DNA of 64,000 nt from Selaginella moellendorffii (Eukaryota > Plantae > Lycopodiophyta): contig NW_003314283.1 of assembly GCF_000143415.4 (NCBI RefSeq), positions 737,955 to 801,954 on the forward strand. The letters run 5' to 3'. The stretch's first letter is position 1; every line of letters begins with the position of its first letter. The translations under genes were made by a program, and so were the position numbers. Positions 38,136-50,404 of this stretch are shown piece after piece. The notes under the pieces were generated by a model. The model saw only the letters and a program-made list of their open reading frames with translations, had not been told where the DNA came from and made no database searches.

Positions 38136-39655
38136 ATGCTTGGATACGCAGAAAACGGCGAGGGTGGTACGCTTACTAGCGGAAATGCAAGCAGCATCCG
38201 AAACTCTTGGAGCTCTCAAATGCTATCATTGCCGGAAAATGCCGCCTCAGACGCTGGATGAGGTCATCGCTCTCTATGCAGAGAGCTACGTCTTTGCAGA
38301 AAGGTAAGTCCCTTTTCTTCTTCCATCAACCAAAGCAGTACATCCGACGCTTGTGTTGTTCACTTCATCCAGATTGTTCTCGCAGTTGTGTGTGCAAGGC
38401 GGCATGAGACCCGTGCATGTCGCGGCCTTGATAGCTCCTGGAATGTTTGCGAGGCCTACCAATGCCGAATGGGACGAGTTTGAGAAGCACAATCCTTCAT
38501 GGACTAGGGAATCCATGCCAGAGTTCGTGGAGAGGGCCGTGGGGGCAGCATCCATGCCCGAAGCTCTCAACCAGGGGTTCTCAATGGCGCCATACACTGA
38601 TGAAGCTCAGGGGGGCGAGAGAGCTCCTTCCTCGTCAACTGACAGTGAGAGCCCGAGTGAGAGCCCGGCGAGAAACTCTGGAGATGAAGGACCGGCACAG
38701 GACGAAAGCAGTTGCTACAGAGAAGATCTCCTGCTGTATACGAACAACAGGGAGTGATTCGTAACGTTGAGAACGGACACGGCATGCCAGTGTATCTCTT
38801 GTGTCTGGGCTTGGACAAGTGGCTCTACGGGGTCCTGGTGATCGAGGCATCGTTCAGGTCTTGCAGAGCGGAGCCCGGGAAAATGTCATCGATTATAACT
38901 ATGACTACAGCGGTAGGCCTGAATCTCTTGTGCTGCCTCTTCTCTTATCTCCGTTTTTTCTTTTTTTTTTTTATTGTTTTGCAGCCTTGTGCAACAACAA
39001 AGAGCAGTCGTGTTTCAAGTCACCAAGAGCTAACGGCGAGGCTGAAAGCTGGTCTTCAGACGTTACGGAGTATGTGCGCTGACAAGAGTATCTTGTTTCC
39101 CACCCAGAAGTACATTGTCGGAAAGCTCTTACAGAAGTGCACGTCCGCCACCGCTACTACGAACTTCCCACGTCTTCAGGGGCCGGAGAACTCGTGCATG
39201 ACGACGCGCGCCGTTTTACCGAGGGACTGATGCGGTTGATCCTGGGTGACGCGGTATTGAAATGGACGCCAGGGCAGGTTGCCATTGCTAAGCTGATCCG
39301 CGAGGCATTGATTTCCAATGCGGCAAAGGTTGGTGGTACCCATGTCTCTCGGGTCGGTAAAATGTTCTCTTGGTGCATGGAGGCCGTCGAACGAGGCAGC
39401 GTGCATGGCGACATCAAGGACATCGCATTGAACGATTGCTGTAAGCAAATCTTGACGTGGGCATCACCAACGGAAACAGTTTGCAAATTAGTGAGAAAAT
39501 ATTCTGGAGAGATTTCACTGAAAGAGTGGAAGGAGTTAATCACATGTATCCAAGAGACTGAGACGGCAACAGCATTGCCTAACGAAAAAATAATAATTTT
39601 AAAATTAATATTAAAATATTATTATTATTATTATTTTGGTTGGAATAAAAAATAA
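38136..39655 (+). pseudogene. Unknown coding-like locus, probably disrupted
   Basis: GC-rich ORFs 38353-38757 and 39137-39655, donor aaggtaagt at ~38302; in-frame stops between blocks; 3' end runs into an AT-rich tract. Confidence 0.3.
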
Positions 39656-40869
39656 TATTTCTACATATTTATAATATCATTGAGTTTATATTATTCAAAT
39701 AGTTAATACAAAGAATAATAGATTTAAAAGAGCATCCATATAGTTATTTTTGAGTTAAAAACTAAATAAATATATAAATTAAATTAATTTTGTAATAAAA
39801 TAATGTGTTTTATTCTCATCACTTTTTGAAATTCAAATACTCATGTGAGGGTTCATAAATTTTTTGACAAGGTTTGTAATGAATAATTTCATTTCCTTTT
39901 CCATTATCATCTGAATCCTTTACTTTTTAACATAAAATGAACTCAAATAAGTCAATGCTAAATATTTTTTACCTGGGATGCTCCACTCACTCCCACTTTA
40001 CCCTTACTAGCTACTCTTACTCTTCCACTGCTTAGTCACACCTAACTGTTGTTACAATTGCACTTTTACTTATATTAATAATTATGAAAAAAAACTAACT
40101 ATATTTCTTTTATAAAATGCTAGTTGGAAAACTAATTAGCCATATATAATCTATATCTTTTATTATAAAACTTTGTTTACTGTATTTATTTATTTATAGT
40201 ATTTTAGTTATATTAATTAAGTTACTAAAGGTATGAATGCATAAAAATAAAAGAAATTTATCTCATATGAATTTTAGCTTGCAAATGGATTTACCAAAAG
40301 AGATATTTAAATCTGGATTATTTTCTCCTTTAAATTTTATACTTTTATTTTTATTTTTCTTATTAAGAAAATCTTTTAAATATAGTTTTTATTAAATATA
40401 ATTTTTTTAACAGAGAGAAACTTGTATATTTATCAATTTCTAGATAAACATATTAATCAAAACCATTGCGAAAATAGTTGTTAATAAAGTCATGAGAAGT
40501 TTGCAGGAGGGCATAAATTCTATAACAATAAACAAGGTTATACACAAAAAAGTATTAAAATTGTTGGAGGCTAGAATAAAATAAATTATACCCAATTGTT
40601 AACCTTCAACATAACTTTCTTCTTTTTAAATGTTTTTTTTAACTATTATCAATTTAACAAAAAAAAATTGAATTTTTATTAAAACACCTACAATCCTTGT
40701 GGAAAGAAAGAAATGTTAATCACATGAATTTGTTTTAGTATTTAGAAATCATTAAGTTTGAGCTTTATAAAACTTCAAACATTAATTTACTAAATCCAGT
40801 CAAATTAAACAGCAAGAAGAAGAAAAGAAAAAGAAAAGAAAAAGGAGAAATAAAAACCAAATGTTCATA

Positions 40870-41947
40870 CCCATCTCTATGGCCATAAAATGCCCGAGCC
40901 TGGCAAATACTGTAGGAAAAAGAACCCAAAAGGGAAAATGCCTTACCTCCGGGATCTAGATTTTTTTCATGAAACACACAGCCATCAGCATGCTTCTCCA
41001 GTGCGTCAGAGATTGACCTCCTAAGCTGAAATGGCCCAACGGGAACATACAGAAAGCGCTGAGAAATAGACAGAGTATTCAAATCTTTGGCGCCAAGGCA
41101 TATTTGATTATCGGTTCCATTTTGTTTATTGAAACGTTGGTCGTGGAAGCCAAGTGCTTGAAGAAAAACCAAGTGCAAGCTGATGCTGGTACAACGGAGA
41201 AAGTGGCTGTTTTCAGTGACCCGGACGAGTTTCAAGATAATCTCTACTTTCTGCCGACTATTCCTCAACCTATCATCGCAAGCTCCAGCCAGCCCACCGA
41301 AAGTCCAGGCCGAGTCGAACGATTCTCCTGATTCAGAAGAGCAAAGCCAGATTGATCTCACAACGATTGTTCACCAGAGCGCGTCTCCACCAGGTTGGCT
41401 GTTCTACTAAACAGAAGAGGAGGAAGAGAAAAAGCCAAGCCGAGATCGGCCTCAAATCAAAAGCAAAAGCCGTCAATGTAGATGTAAGCTTCAAGATCAC
41501 TGTGAAAGAAAAAGCAAGGATGTTTGGAAGCCATAAAATGCCCTAGCCTGGCAAATGCTATATGACAAAGAGCCAAGACGAAAAAATGCCTTCCTCCGCG
41601 ATCTGGATCTCAGATTCTCCAAGACGAGGCGGCGAAGAAGGCCAAAACATGGCTCATGAAATGATTTTCGTTCGCTGAGAGACTCCCAGTGCTTGGCATC
41701 CTGGGAGAGATCAGCTGGAATGCCCCAAACGATTGCGGCTAAAACGAGAAGGAAACCGGATCTCACCAGTCGAGAAGCTCGCCTCGACATTTATGTACAT
41801 CTCCCACACCCTGGGGTGGCGAATCGGGAACATCAGAAGCGCTGTGGATTGTCGGCGAGAATGGGCTCCTCCTTGGTCGTCGACGATGGAGGAAGCGACT
41901 AATACAAGAAGAGGGGCGAGTATTCAAATCTATGGCGCCAAGGCATA
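40870..41947. repeat. Local duplication 40870-41105 vs 41525-41947
   Basis: Shared gccataaaatgccc.agcctggcaaat, aaaatgcctt.cctcc..gatct and gagtattcaaatct.tggcgccaaggcata. Confidence 0.8.
41165..41470 (+). pseudogene. Deleted duplicate fragment of the RBL 3' exons (parent 37293-37720)
   Basis: acaacggagaaagtggctgttttcagtgac.cggacgag..tcaagataatctctactttct.ccgact near-identical to the parent; intron remnant retained. Confidence 0.92.
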
Positions 41948-43221
41948 GTACACGTGACAATGGTCAAGGCCTGCTCCTGGATTCGAGAAACCTGGATGCC
42001 AGATGTATTTTCTTCGCGGCCAGCCTCAGCGCAGGCGCCAAAGGCAGCGGCAATGCAGGGGCGGCGAGCAGTGAGCGAAGCATATTTTCCCCGGAACACA
42101 GAATAATTTGACCCACTTGACCACGGCGCATAGAATGTATTTGCAGCGCAGGTAAGATTTCGTGAAACTTCCGGGGTTCAAAATCCTAGTTGAATTCTTA
42201 GTTGGGCACGACAGGAATGAAAAACATGGATTATTTACTCAGATGGCCACCACGTCGAGTGCAATAACAAGATAATCGCGCACATTTTCAAGCTAATGCA
42301 ACGCGATATTCATGTTGCGATTCTCACGCAGCTGGTAATGCACCTTTGGACGCGAGCTTTATTCTGGAAATCCGGAACAAGCGGAAAAGGTAATAGCTTT
42401 TTCTTTCGGTTTGAGTAAACTCACCAGCTAACTAGTGTATGCTTTGTTTTGCAGTTGAAGTTTCTTGCTGGAAGATGCAGCTGTATCCCTCCACAACCTT
42501 TTCGAAGGTCTTCATTACTCTTGGCGAAATCTGTCTCCAATCAAAGCATATGCAAAACATTCTCAGCTCTTAGTAGAGAGAAAGACACTGTTAGAAACAA
42601 ATAAACTTAAGAATTTTTCTGTGAAACGACCAACCATCTCTTCCAGAACCTGAAAAAGAAAAGAAGTCAATCGCTCTGAAAACTAGTGACCAAAAACACA
42701 AAGTTGAACTATCTGACGGCTCTTGGCGTCCGCACAAGCAAATTTAAGCGTACAGAGGCCGAATGGAGAGCTCCTTGAGCTTCATCTCGAGAGCAGTTCT
42801 TCGATTCCTTCTTCCGACCACTCCAGCATAATTTTCGACATCCGCCTGTCGCCCGGACTAGTTGTGAACCCGGGCAAGAGATAGTTAGCCTCTCATGACA
42901 TTGAAGTACCTCCAGGGTGACTAAGGAAGAAAGCTCCAAAGCTGAAAGAAGTCCAGAAAACTAGTTTTCCCACATGGACTTTCTTTTCCACCGCATGGAT
43001 CTCTGACATGAATGTCCATTTCAGCCCTGAAGTGTTAGCAACTTGATGCCGTAGTTTGGAGGACTATGAATGGAACGCTAACACTCCGGATTTTGTAATC
43101 TATAAAAGTTTTGTTTCTAATAGCTGTTTAGACCAGCCTATTTCTAGCATTTAAACATTTTTCTGCTTTGTAATCACTTCACGTGAATGCATTAGAACGC
43201 TTCGGAGATATCCAGCCTAGC

Positions 43222-43650
43222 GTTCTTGTTGGGAGCTCCAAGGGAGAGGTGTTGATCGTGGAACAGAGACATGGCAGGTCCGGAGGCCCCTGCAAATACA
43301 GATTGGACTCACGAACTCGTGATCCGGGTTTTCGAGAACGCGGCGTGGAGACCCAGCACAAAATCTAGAGATCATGCGACGTCTCGATCCCAAGGAGTTT
43401 TTGGATGTTTTGAAGGCGGTGTTAGAGGAGGAGGTTGTAGAAAAAGGCTGTACGAGAAGGCTGACGAGTTGCAAGCCGAAGTGTGAATATGGCGGCGAAG
43501 AAGAAGAGCATACGAGAGGTTTACCTCCAAAGAATCTAACATGTGTTCCTTCTGCATCTCTGGGTTTGAAGAAGCGAGAAGATAATGCCAAAACGAGGTA
43601 GTTCTTCTAAATCTTCGACAGGTGCCTTACAGATGGGAAAACGGACAAAG
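43222..43650 (+). pseudogene. Second deleted duplicate of RBL (parent ~36614-38122)
   Basis: Collinear blocks ctccaaggg.gaggtgttgatcgtgga, gatccgggttttcgagaac, agaaggctg.cgagttgcaagccga, tctaacatgtgtt, tcttctaaatcttcgacaggtgccttacaga. Confidence 0.9.
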
Positions 43651-43780
43651 AAAGAAACGCGCACGCTAATCCGGTGACGAGAGTTTCCCGTGCACGCTAT
43701 AAAAGAGCTACGCTTGTTCGCTCACTCCAAGTTCTTCTTTTCTCTTTGTTTCGGTTTTCTTTGCAGTGAGCGAGCGAGCG

Positions 43781-44215
43781 ATGGAGATGACGATCAAGTT
43801 CCAGCTCGCTCTAGCGGTGCTACTTGTCGCCGTGTGGATCCAGTCGGTCCAGTGCAAGATCATCGGCAAGGCGGAGGTGGATTTCTCGGGCTACTGCAGC
43901 GACGCCTCCATCCCGCCGGGGAGCACGTACTGGCAGAGCCTCAACTTGACGCTGTCGGACATCGTGGCCAACACTCCCAACGCCACCAACTTGACTTACA
44001 CGGTGAAGCACGGCCGGGACGACGTTACCTCTTACGGCCAGGGTGTGTGCTTCAACCAGCCGCCTCACGAGGTTTGCCGGGAGTGCATCGCGATGCTGGT
44101 GAAGAGGGCGTGGATCGAGTGCTCCTCCTCCATCTCCGTCGTGCTCATGCTCACGGGGCAATGCGCACTTCGCTACCAGGACACGCCCATTGACGTGCCT
44201 CCTCCGGCAGCTTAG
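43781..44215 (+). CDS. Secreted single-DUF26/Gnk2 (ginkbilobin-2-like) cysteine-rich protein
   Basis: Signal peptide, C-X8-C-X2-C (CFNQPPHEVCREC), C-terminal CALRYQ; TATAAAA at 43698. Confidence 0.9.
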   Translation: MEMTIKFQLALAVLLVAVWIQSVQCKIIGKAEVDFSGYCSDASIPPGSTYWQSLNLTLSDIVANTPNATNLTYTVKHGRDDVTSYGQGVCFNQPPHEVCRECIAMLVKRAWIECSSSISVVLMLTGQCALRYQDTPIDVPPPAA

Positions 44216-44329
44216 ACGATGATCCTCTCTCTCCACTCTCTTTGGAATTCATTCCAGAACTCTTCGCGAGATCTCTGGGATCTTCTCAGGTATAGAATTC
44301 TTGGAATAACGAAGTCAGTTAAGTTTTGC

Positions 44330-45425
44330 AGCTCAAAAACACGGTGAGAATAAGTACTCTTCCTTCCCCACAACTTTGCAACTATGGCTGTAGGTTGCCT
44401 TCTAAGCCTAAGCACTCCAAGCGTGGATTGTCAGTGAAAGATGACACCAAAAACAGTGAAAGAAGACAAAGTCCACTTTGTCTCTGTCCCAACCGAAGCA
44501 CTAGTTACGCACAAGTCGAAATATATTTGCATGACTTTCACGATCAGTGTGGTCATAAACTTCAGGTATTCCAAGTGTAGCAAGCTCGTACTCACGAAAG
44601 CTGAAGACAAGAGTCTTGTGACTTTGTGTTCTCAAGGAAGCCTCCAGACTCATGCAGCTATCCAAACAGTCCCTGAATTTCCAGCTCTTGCAAGCACATT
44701 GCACTCGAGCTGCAATACATGTGGTGGGTGACTCGTAGTTAAACTTCTGAGCGAGGGCAAGCGTCTTGAGCAACCAACAGTTGGATAGAAAACTCGAGAG
44801 TTCATCATTAGCCAAGCTATTAACAAGCCATAGGCTGAAATCCTGTATCAGTGAAAAGCATGAATTCGTGTGTCTCAAGCCTACTACAACTTTTAAACAG
44901 GAAAAGAGTGTGTAAGCACACTTACGCTGAAAGGCATGTCATGAACCTCGACCAACTGGTGGACTGCAGTTTTGGGGCCTGCTCAAAGCCGACAGTTAAA
45001 GAGTTTCATATGCAAAGAGTAAGCGTATACCAACGGGCAATGAAAGCTTCGAAGCTGCTTCGTTGATGAATAAATAGCAGCTGGAATTGTCTACGAAGAC
45101 TATGGCACTTGGAAGGTTACAATTGCCGATGACGTACTTCCATAACAAAGCCTTGTTCATGATCTGGATGAAAAACTAACTCTTTTAGATGCTGTGGACC
45201 ATTGATAACCAGAGTTTCACCCGTCAAGCTCGCAACACTAATCAGGCTCATTCTAGAGAGGTTTGGAAACCCATTAAAAAGCTCCATGGGATCAAAAGTG
45301 TTCAGCCGTGACAAGCTCAATTTCTCAAGCCTGTTACAACCCATAACTTTCATAATCGTGCTTTCTTCTTGGAATTTTGGATGAAAAACTGCTGCGGGCC
45401 ACTGTGATAATCGATTCACTCCCAT
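44330..45425 (-). pseudogene. RNI-like/F-box-LRR remnant
   Basis: CNRLEKLSLSRL, FPNLSRMSL, SSFLSNCWLLKTLAL, CMSLEASL; stops and frameshifts. Confidence 0.5.
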
Positions 45426-45801
45426 TTAACTTACACTCTGCTATTACTTCAAGCTTCGGAGCTATATCAATAATCTATATATATATATATATATAAAATC
45501 ATCCTAATCAATATATATTACTTGTATATCATCATAACTCAAATTCTCGTGAAACTTTAAAACGAAGAGAGCACTGACCAATTAATTTCTTCCGTGCTCA
45601 AAAACGTACCGAGTTGTTCTAAAGTTCCAGGTAATAGTCCGCAAGTGTTTTTAATTGATTAGGATGGCATCATGAAATTGTGTAACTATCCGTATATTCT
45701 TTGATTGGTAAAAAAAAGGAGGCAAATGTTCGTCACTAGTAAGAAACTACCACTGCAAGTAGGCGGCTACTACGTTTCGTCTGCCGAGAAAGAACCTACA
45801 A

Positions 45802-48018
45802 CTACCACCCTCCCCCAAACCCACCGCTCCTGCCCCCGAAACCACCGCCACCAAAGCCACCGCCGCCACCTCTCCCAAATCCGCCGCCACCGTAGCCGCC
45901 GCCCCCTCGTCCACCTCCAAAGCTTCTTCCGCCAAAACCGCTGCTCGCCACGTAAGTGTCCCTCGAAAAGTCTTGTGCGCAGCTCATGTCCACGTTTGGA
46001 ACGTTGAGCGCCTCGAATCTACACCCAACGTCGTGCTCGATCGTGTCCCTCACGCGCCCCTGCGCGTAAGTGTGCATCAAAATCGCCACTCCTTTCTTCC
46101 CAGCTCGGCCTGTTCGTCCCGACCTGTGAACGAACGTCTCTGAGTCGCCAGGAACTTCGTAGTGAATCACCTGTCGATCCAAACTTTAGTTAGCTACACG
46201 CTTCCCTGAGAGATCGATGAGTTTCCAGAAAGATATACGTACCAGATCGACATTGGGAATGTCAAGACCGCGAGCAGCTACGTCCGTTGCTACCAACACT
46301 GAAAATCTGCCGTCTCGGAAGCCGGAAAGCGTTCTCTCACGTTGGAACTGTGGGATGTCGCCGTGTAGAGCCTCGCAAGGGACCGAGCGGCTCATGGCTT
46401 GAGCTACATTGTGCGTGTCGCGCTTGGTTTTGGCAAACACGATCACTTTCCCACCTTTGCCATACGACTGCAAAAAGAAGAGGAAAAAGCAACGACCATC
46501 AGCGCTATGTCTGGATTTCTCTTACGTACATTCACAAGCTCCTTGAGAAGAGGACCCTTGTTATAGTCGGATGCCTCGCAAGAGTAAAGCTTAATACCCT
46601 CTGCAAGCTTCTCGTCGTTGTCTCCCACCTGCAGAGGAAACATAAAATGTAAAACCTGCGTTTTGGAAACAAATTGCTCACCAGATCGACCACAAGAGGA
46701 TCTTGCATGAACCGTCGCAACAAGTTCTTCACCCAGGACGGCATTGTGGCGGAAAACATCATAGTCTGCCTTTGCTTGGGGAGCCTCTCCATGATCTTCT
46801 CCACATCTTCCGCAAAACCAGTTGCAAGCATCTGATCAGCTTCATCCAGAACCATGAACTTCACCCGGTTCAGCAGCAAAGAACCGCGCTGTAGCATATC
46901 GATGACACGGCCAGGGGTACCGACAACAACGTCGATTGGCCGCTCCAGTGATCGTCTTTGAGACTCGATACTGACGCCTCCATAGATGCACACTAGTGTC
47001 AAATGTGGAGCAGTCGACGTCAACTCTTTCTCGACTTGCTTTGCTAGCTCTCGTGTCGGAGCCATGACAATGCAACGAGGACATCCAGGCTGAGTCCTGC
47101 AAAAAGAAAAAACCAACGGATTTAGAGCTTCAGAAACAAAGTCCTGGGAGGGAATACCTGCTTGTAGCTTCGCGCCTTTCAACAGTGATAGTATGGAGAA
47201 TGGGAAGACCAAAAGCAAGAGTCTTCCCCGTTCCTGTCTTAGCCCGAGCAATAAAATCGCGTCCTTTCATCGCAGGTTGATACACCGCGCTCTGCTCGGG
47301 AGAAACTCACAAGTTAATACACGAGAGAAACTGCCACAAAGACTACAGCCCATACCTGAACAGGAAAAAGATTTATGATGTTCTTCTGTGCGAGCGCTCT
47401 CACAATTTCCGGATCAATCCCGAGCTTCGCCACTGCGAGTTCCTCACCTGCCACCACCGCCGACGGATTGATAGTCTCGATGGGTGGACCAGTGTACGTC
47501 TCCTGTACTCCAAAGCCAGGTCCCCGAGAAGAACCAAAGCTCCCAAATCCTCCACCGCCACGACCACCACCTCCATAGCCACCACCACCACCACCATAGC
47601 CACCACCACCTCCATAGCCGCCGCCACCACCATATCCACCCCCTCCATATCCGCCACCGCTTCCTCCTCGACGATCATCGTCATAGTCAGTCTCTGGAAA
47701 TCCTGCTTGCCTTTGCGGAGTGGTCCAGTAGGAGCGTGAGTCCTGGGGAGCCGGGCTTGGGCTCGGCCACTGCCAGTCATTGTAAGTAGCACTGACGCGC
47801 AGCCTCTTGAGAATCCCGGGGACTGGATGGAACTTGGATGGTCCTCCATTTGTGAAGCTATACTTCGTCGCAGTTCCAAACGCCCTGCTGGAATCCAGGC
47901 TCGTCCGGAGCTTGAGGCATCGCGGCACACGGGCGTGCCAGCTTATGATGCTCCGCATTCCCGCCTTCTCCAGCGGCGCTGCACTGCACGACATTGGAGA
48001 AGACAGCCTATCAGACAT
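45802..48018 (-). CDS. DEAD-box RNA helicase, organellar RH3/RH9/RH53-like, multi-exon
   Basis: LFPVQ (Q motif), [80 protein letters not shown]; start may be the ATG at 47994. Confidence 0.95.
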
Positions 48019-48369
48019 GGCCAGGATCAGTGAAATCGAAACGAAGCATCGGGAAATCCCTTGCCCTCCTCTCTCGGGGAAGCGCAGCCATGGCGATGCA
48101 AGAAGAAAGCGAGAGAGATTTCGAGGGAAAGAATGCCAAGAAAAGGGGCAGAAGAGTAAATACCTCGGAGAATGTATGGCGCCGATGAGCTGCTAGCGGC
48201 GGCGGCAAGGCGGCGATGTGGTAGCTCCTCCTCCCCTCGTCGCCGTGCGCGGCTAGGGTTCTTCCACACTGCGGGGTTTAGGGCTTTAGCTGCGGAGATA
48301 CTCGGGGATATACTCGAGATATTTTTGCGACACTTTATCTCTGGGTAATCGTGTGTTCGAATCAAGTCC

Positions 48370-49476
48370 ATGGAATTCTTAGGGCAAAGTATGCAGCGTC
48401 TTCTAGGGTTTATCGGCCGCAAGGCCTTGCCGCTAGCAGAGTATGAGATCTCGGAGCTTCCATTCTGGCGATCGAGCGGAAGCGAGCTTCGCACAAGCGA
48501 TCTGGTGGCAAAGATCCACGGACTTCGCGAGCGCTACAAGCAGCTGGAGGAATCGGAGCTCAAATCCAAAAGCTACACCTACGAGCGCAGGGCGCTGGCG
48601 GCTTACTTGTTCCAGGTAAATCACATCGAGGGCGAGGGATTCGAGAGCTTTGAGGAGACGGAGGAAGCCATCGCGAATGGAGCGCTGGAGCTTGGGGACG
48701 CCGTCCAAGCCGATCACAGGCTGGAAGCATTGCGCTGTCTGTATCGAGGACTGAGGATCTTCTTCCCAGCGAAGAACAGCGGCAAAGAAGAAGAGGACGC
48801 GATCGGTTCCAAGCTGAGCGTCCACAAGATCCTGGAGGCTCACACCGAGCTCATGAAGACCACAAAGGCCGAGATCGCCGGGACACTGCGACGCCATCCT
48901 AGCCAAGTGGTGATGACGAGAACAAAGTCTGGAGGAATCCACGTCTTTATGTGGCCGACCGAGGTGGAAGCAGCGCTGGAGAGGCTGCTCGATCGATCCA
49001 GGGCCGAGCTCGTGGGGCTGCTCCAGCGCGACGACACCGATCCATCCGTGGACACCGTCGACAAGATCATCAAGTTTGGAGCCAGATTGTTCCTCGAGTT
49101 TGAACACATCCATCCCTTCCTGGATGGAAACGGCAGGATTGGAAGGATACTTCTCGCTGCTGTTCTTCGCCAAGTGATGCCGTATCCAAACGTTCTCTTC
49201 GCGGCCGAGGGGAGCGCAATCGATCCTCCGTTCGTGAAGATGGATGACTACTACGAGTGCTTCGAGAGGGCCCAGGACAAGCAGGATTTCGAGGTTCTTG
49301 GCGATGGAGATAGCGGGCCTTTCCGTAAGGTGGCGATCTCGCAAAAGGCTGTGGCCAAGACCAAAGTCTATCCTCCAGCGGACTTGGCTGCCATGGTCGT
49401 GGAGGGTGTCTACGTTGGATGGAAGAGCTTCTTCGATGCTCTAGATCAAAGCTACACAAGTAGAGAGGTTAAGTGA
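48370..49476 (+). CDS. Fic/Fido-domain protein (putative AMPylase), intronless, 368 aa
   Basis: HPFLDGNGRIGR at 49111-49146 matches HxFx(D/E)GNGRxxR; VNHIEG at 48616-48633 resembles the class II inhibitory helix; ILEAHTELM..AGTLR Fic core. Confidence 0.92.
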   Translation: MEFLGQSMQRLLGFIGRKALPLAEYEISELPFWRSSGSELRTSDLVAKIHGLRERYKQLEESELKSKSYTYERRALAAYLFQVNHIEGEGFESFEETEEAIANGALELGDAVQADHRLEALRCLYRGLRIFFPAKNSGKEEEDAIGSKLSVHKILEAHTELMKTTKAEIAGTLRRHPSQVVMTRTKSGGIHVFMWPTEVEAALERLLDRSRAELVGLLQRDDTDPSVDTVDKIIKFGARLFLEFEHIHPFLDGNGRIGRILLAAVLRQVMPYPNVLFAAEGSAIDPPFVKMDDYYECFERAQDKQDFEVLGDGDSGPFRKVAISQKAVAKTKVYPPADLAAMVVEGVYVGWKSFFDALDQSYTSREVK

Positions 49477-50404
49477 GGTTCTTTACTTGTTTTACCTTTC
49501 AACTTGCCACTCTAATCTTTCCAAAGAACTTGTGAGAAATCAGCCACTCTAGGCCAGTGTTAAAGCCACCGATCCCGCGTTCTAAAGCTTTCCATCTTGG
49601 CCCTCGCTTCTGAAAGAAAGGATGGAGGATTGTCATCGTATTTACTCAGCCTCAATCCAGAAACTCTTGGTAGTCGCTCGCTTGGTAGTCGATAAGATTA
49701 GCTTTTATTGACTTTCATTGATATTCATTCACTTTGCATTGACCATGCATTGACTCTTTTTTTGTGCTTGTGAGTTAGATTTAGAGCTCAAAGAGGTTCA
49801 CCACTATAACAACGTCATTTTTGAAAGTCAAGAAGTAAATAAGGCTGTCTATGATGGGATCAAGCAGCTGTGTGATAAGAAATATCAATTGCTAATCAAG
49901 GCCCATACCCAGATAATAGTGACAGGCATTCCCTTGAGGCCTAGACATGTAAATTTGTAAAGTCTATATAACTTCCTATGATTGCTTTTTCCTGTTACAA
50001 GATTAGGCACAATTGTAAGAATAAAAGCCTATGAAATTAACTATTAATAATTTAAATGCTTAAAATTAGGGATAGTGGATATATTTTAAATATTTTTGGA
50101 TATTCTAGTGTGTTCTAATGGTTAATATTGATTTAGATTAGTCTTTTTTTTATAAATTAAAAACATTGTGAGTGCATAAAATATGGGCCAAATGTATGGC
50201 TACGATGCCGTGTATTAGGCATCATATATTCCCTTTTAGAATATTTATGAATATGCTTTTAATTGGACGGTTACTACTTGACTAGCAATAGCTGTTGGAT
50301 TGCTTTCAATTCGGACCACTCACTCCTATATATAAGATAGAGTTTTTGGGCTAATTGATATGCATATTTTCTGTATTCCTTTTCCATATTCCATGCACTC
50401 ACAT

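Noticed and set aside
48433-49344. 303-aa antisense ORF over the Fic gene (a possible antitoxin)
   Set aside because: Shadow frame of a GC-rich CDS with no recognisable motif; the Fic protein already carries its own inhibitory-type helix
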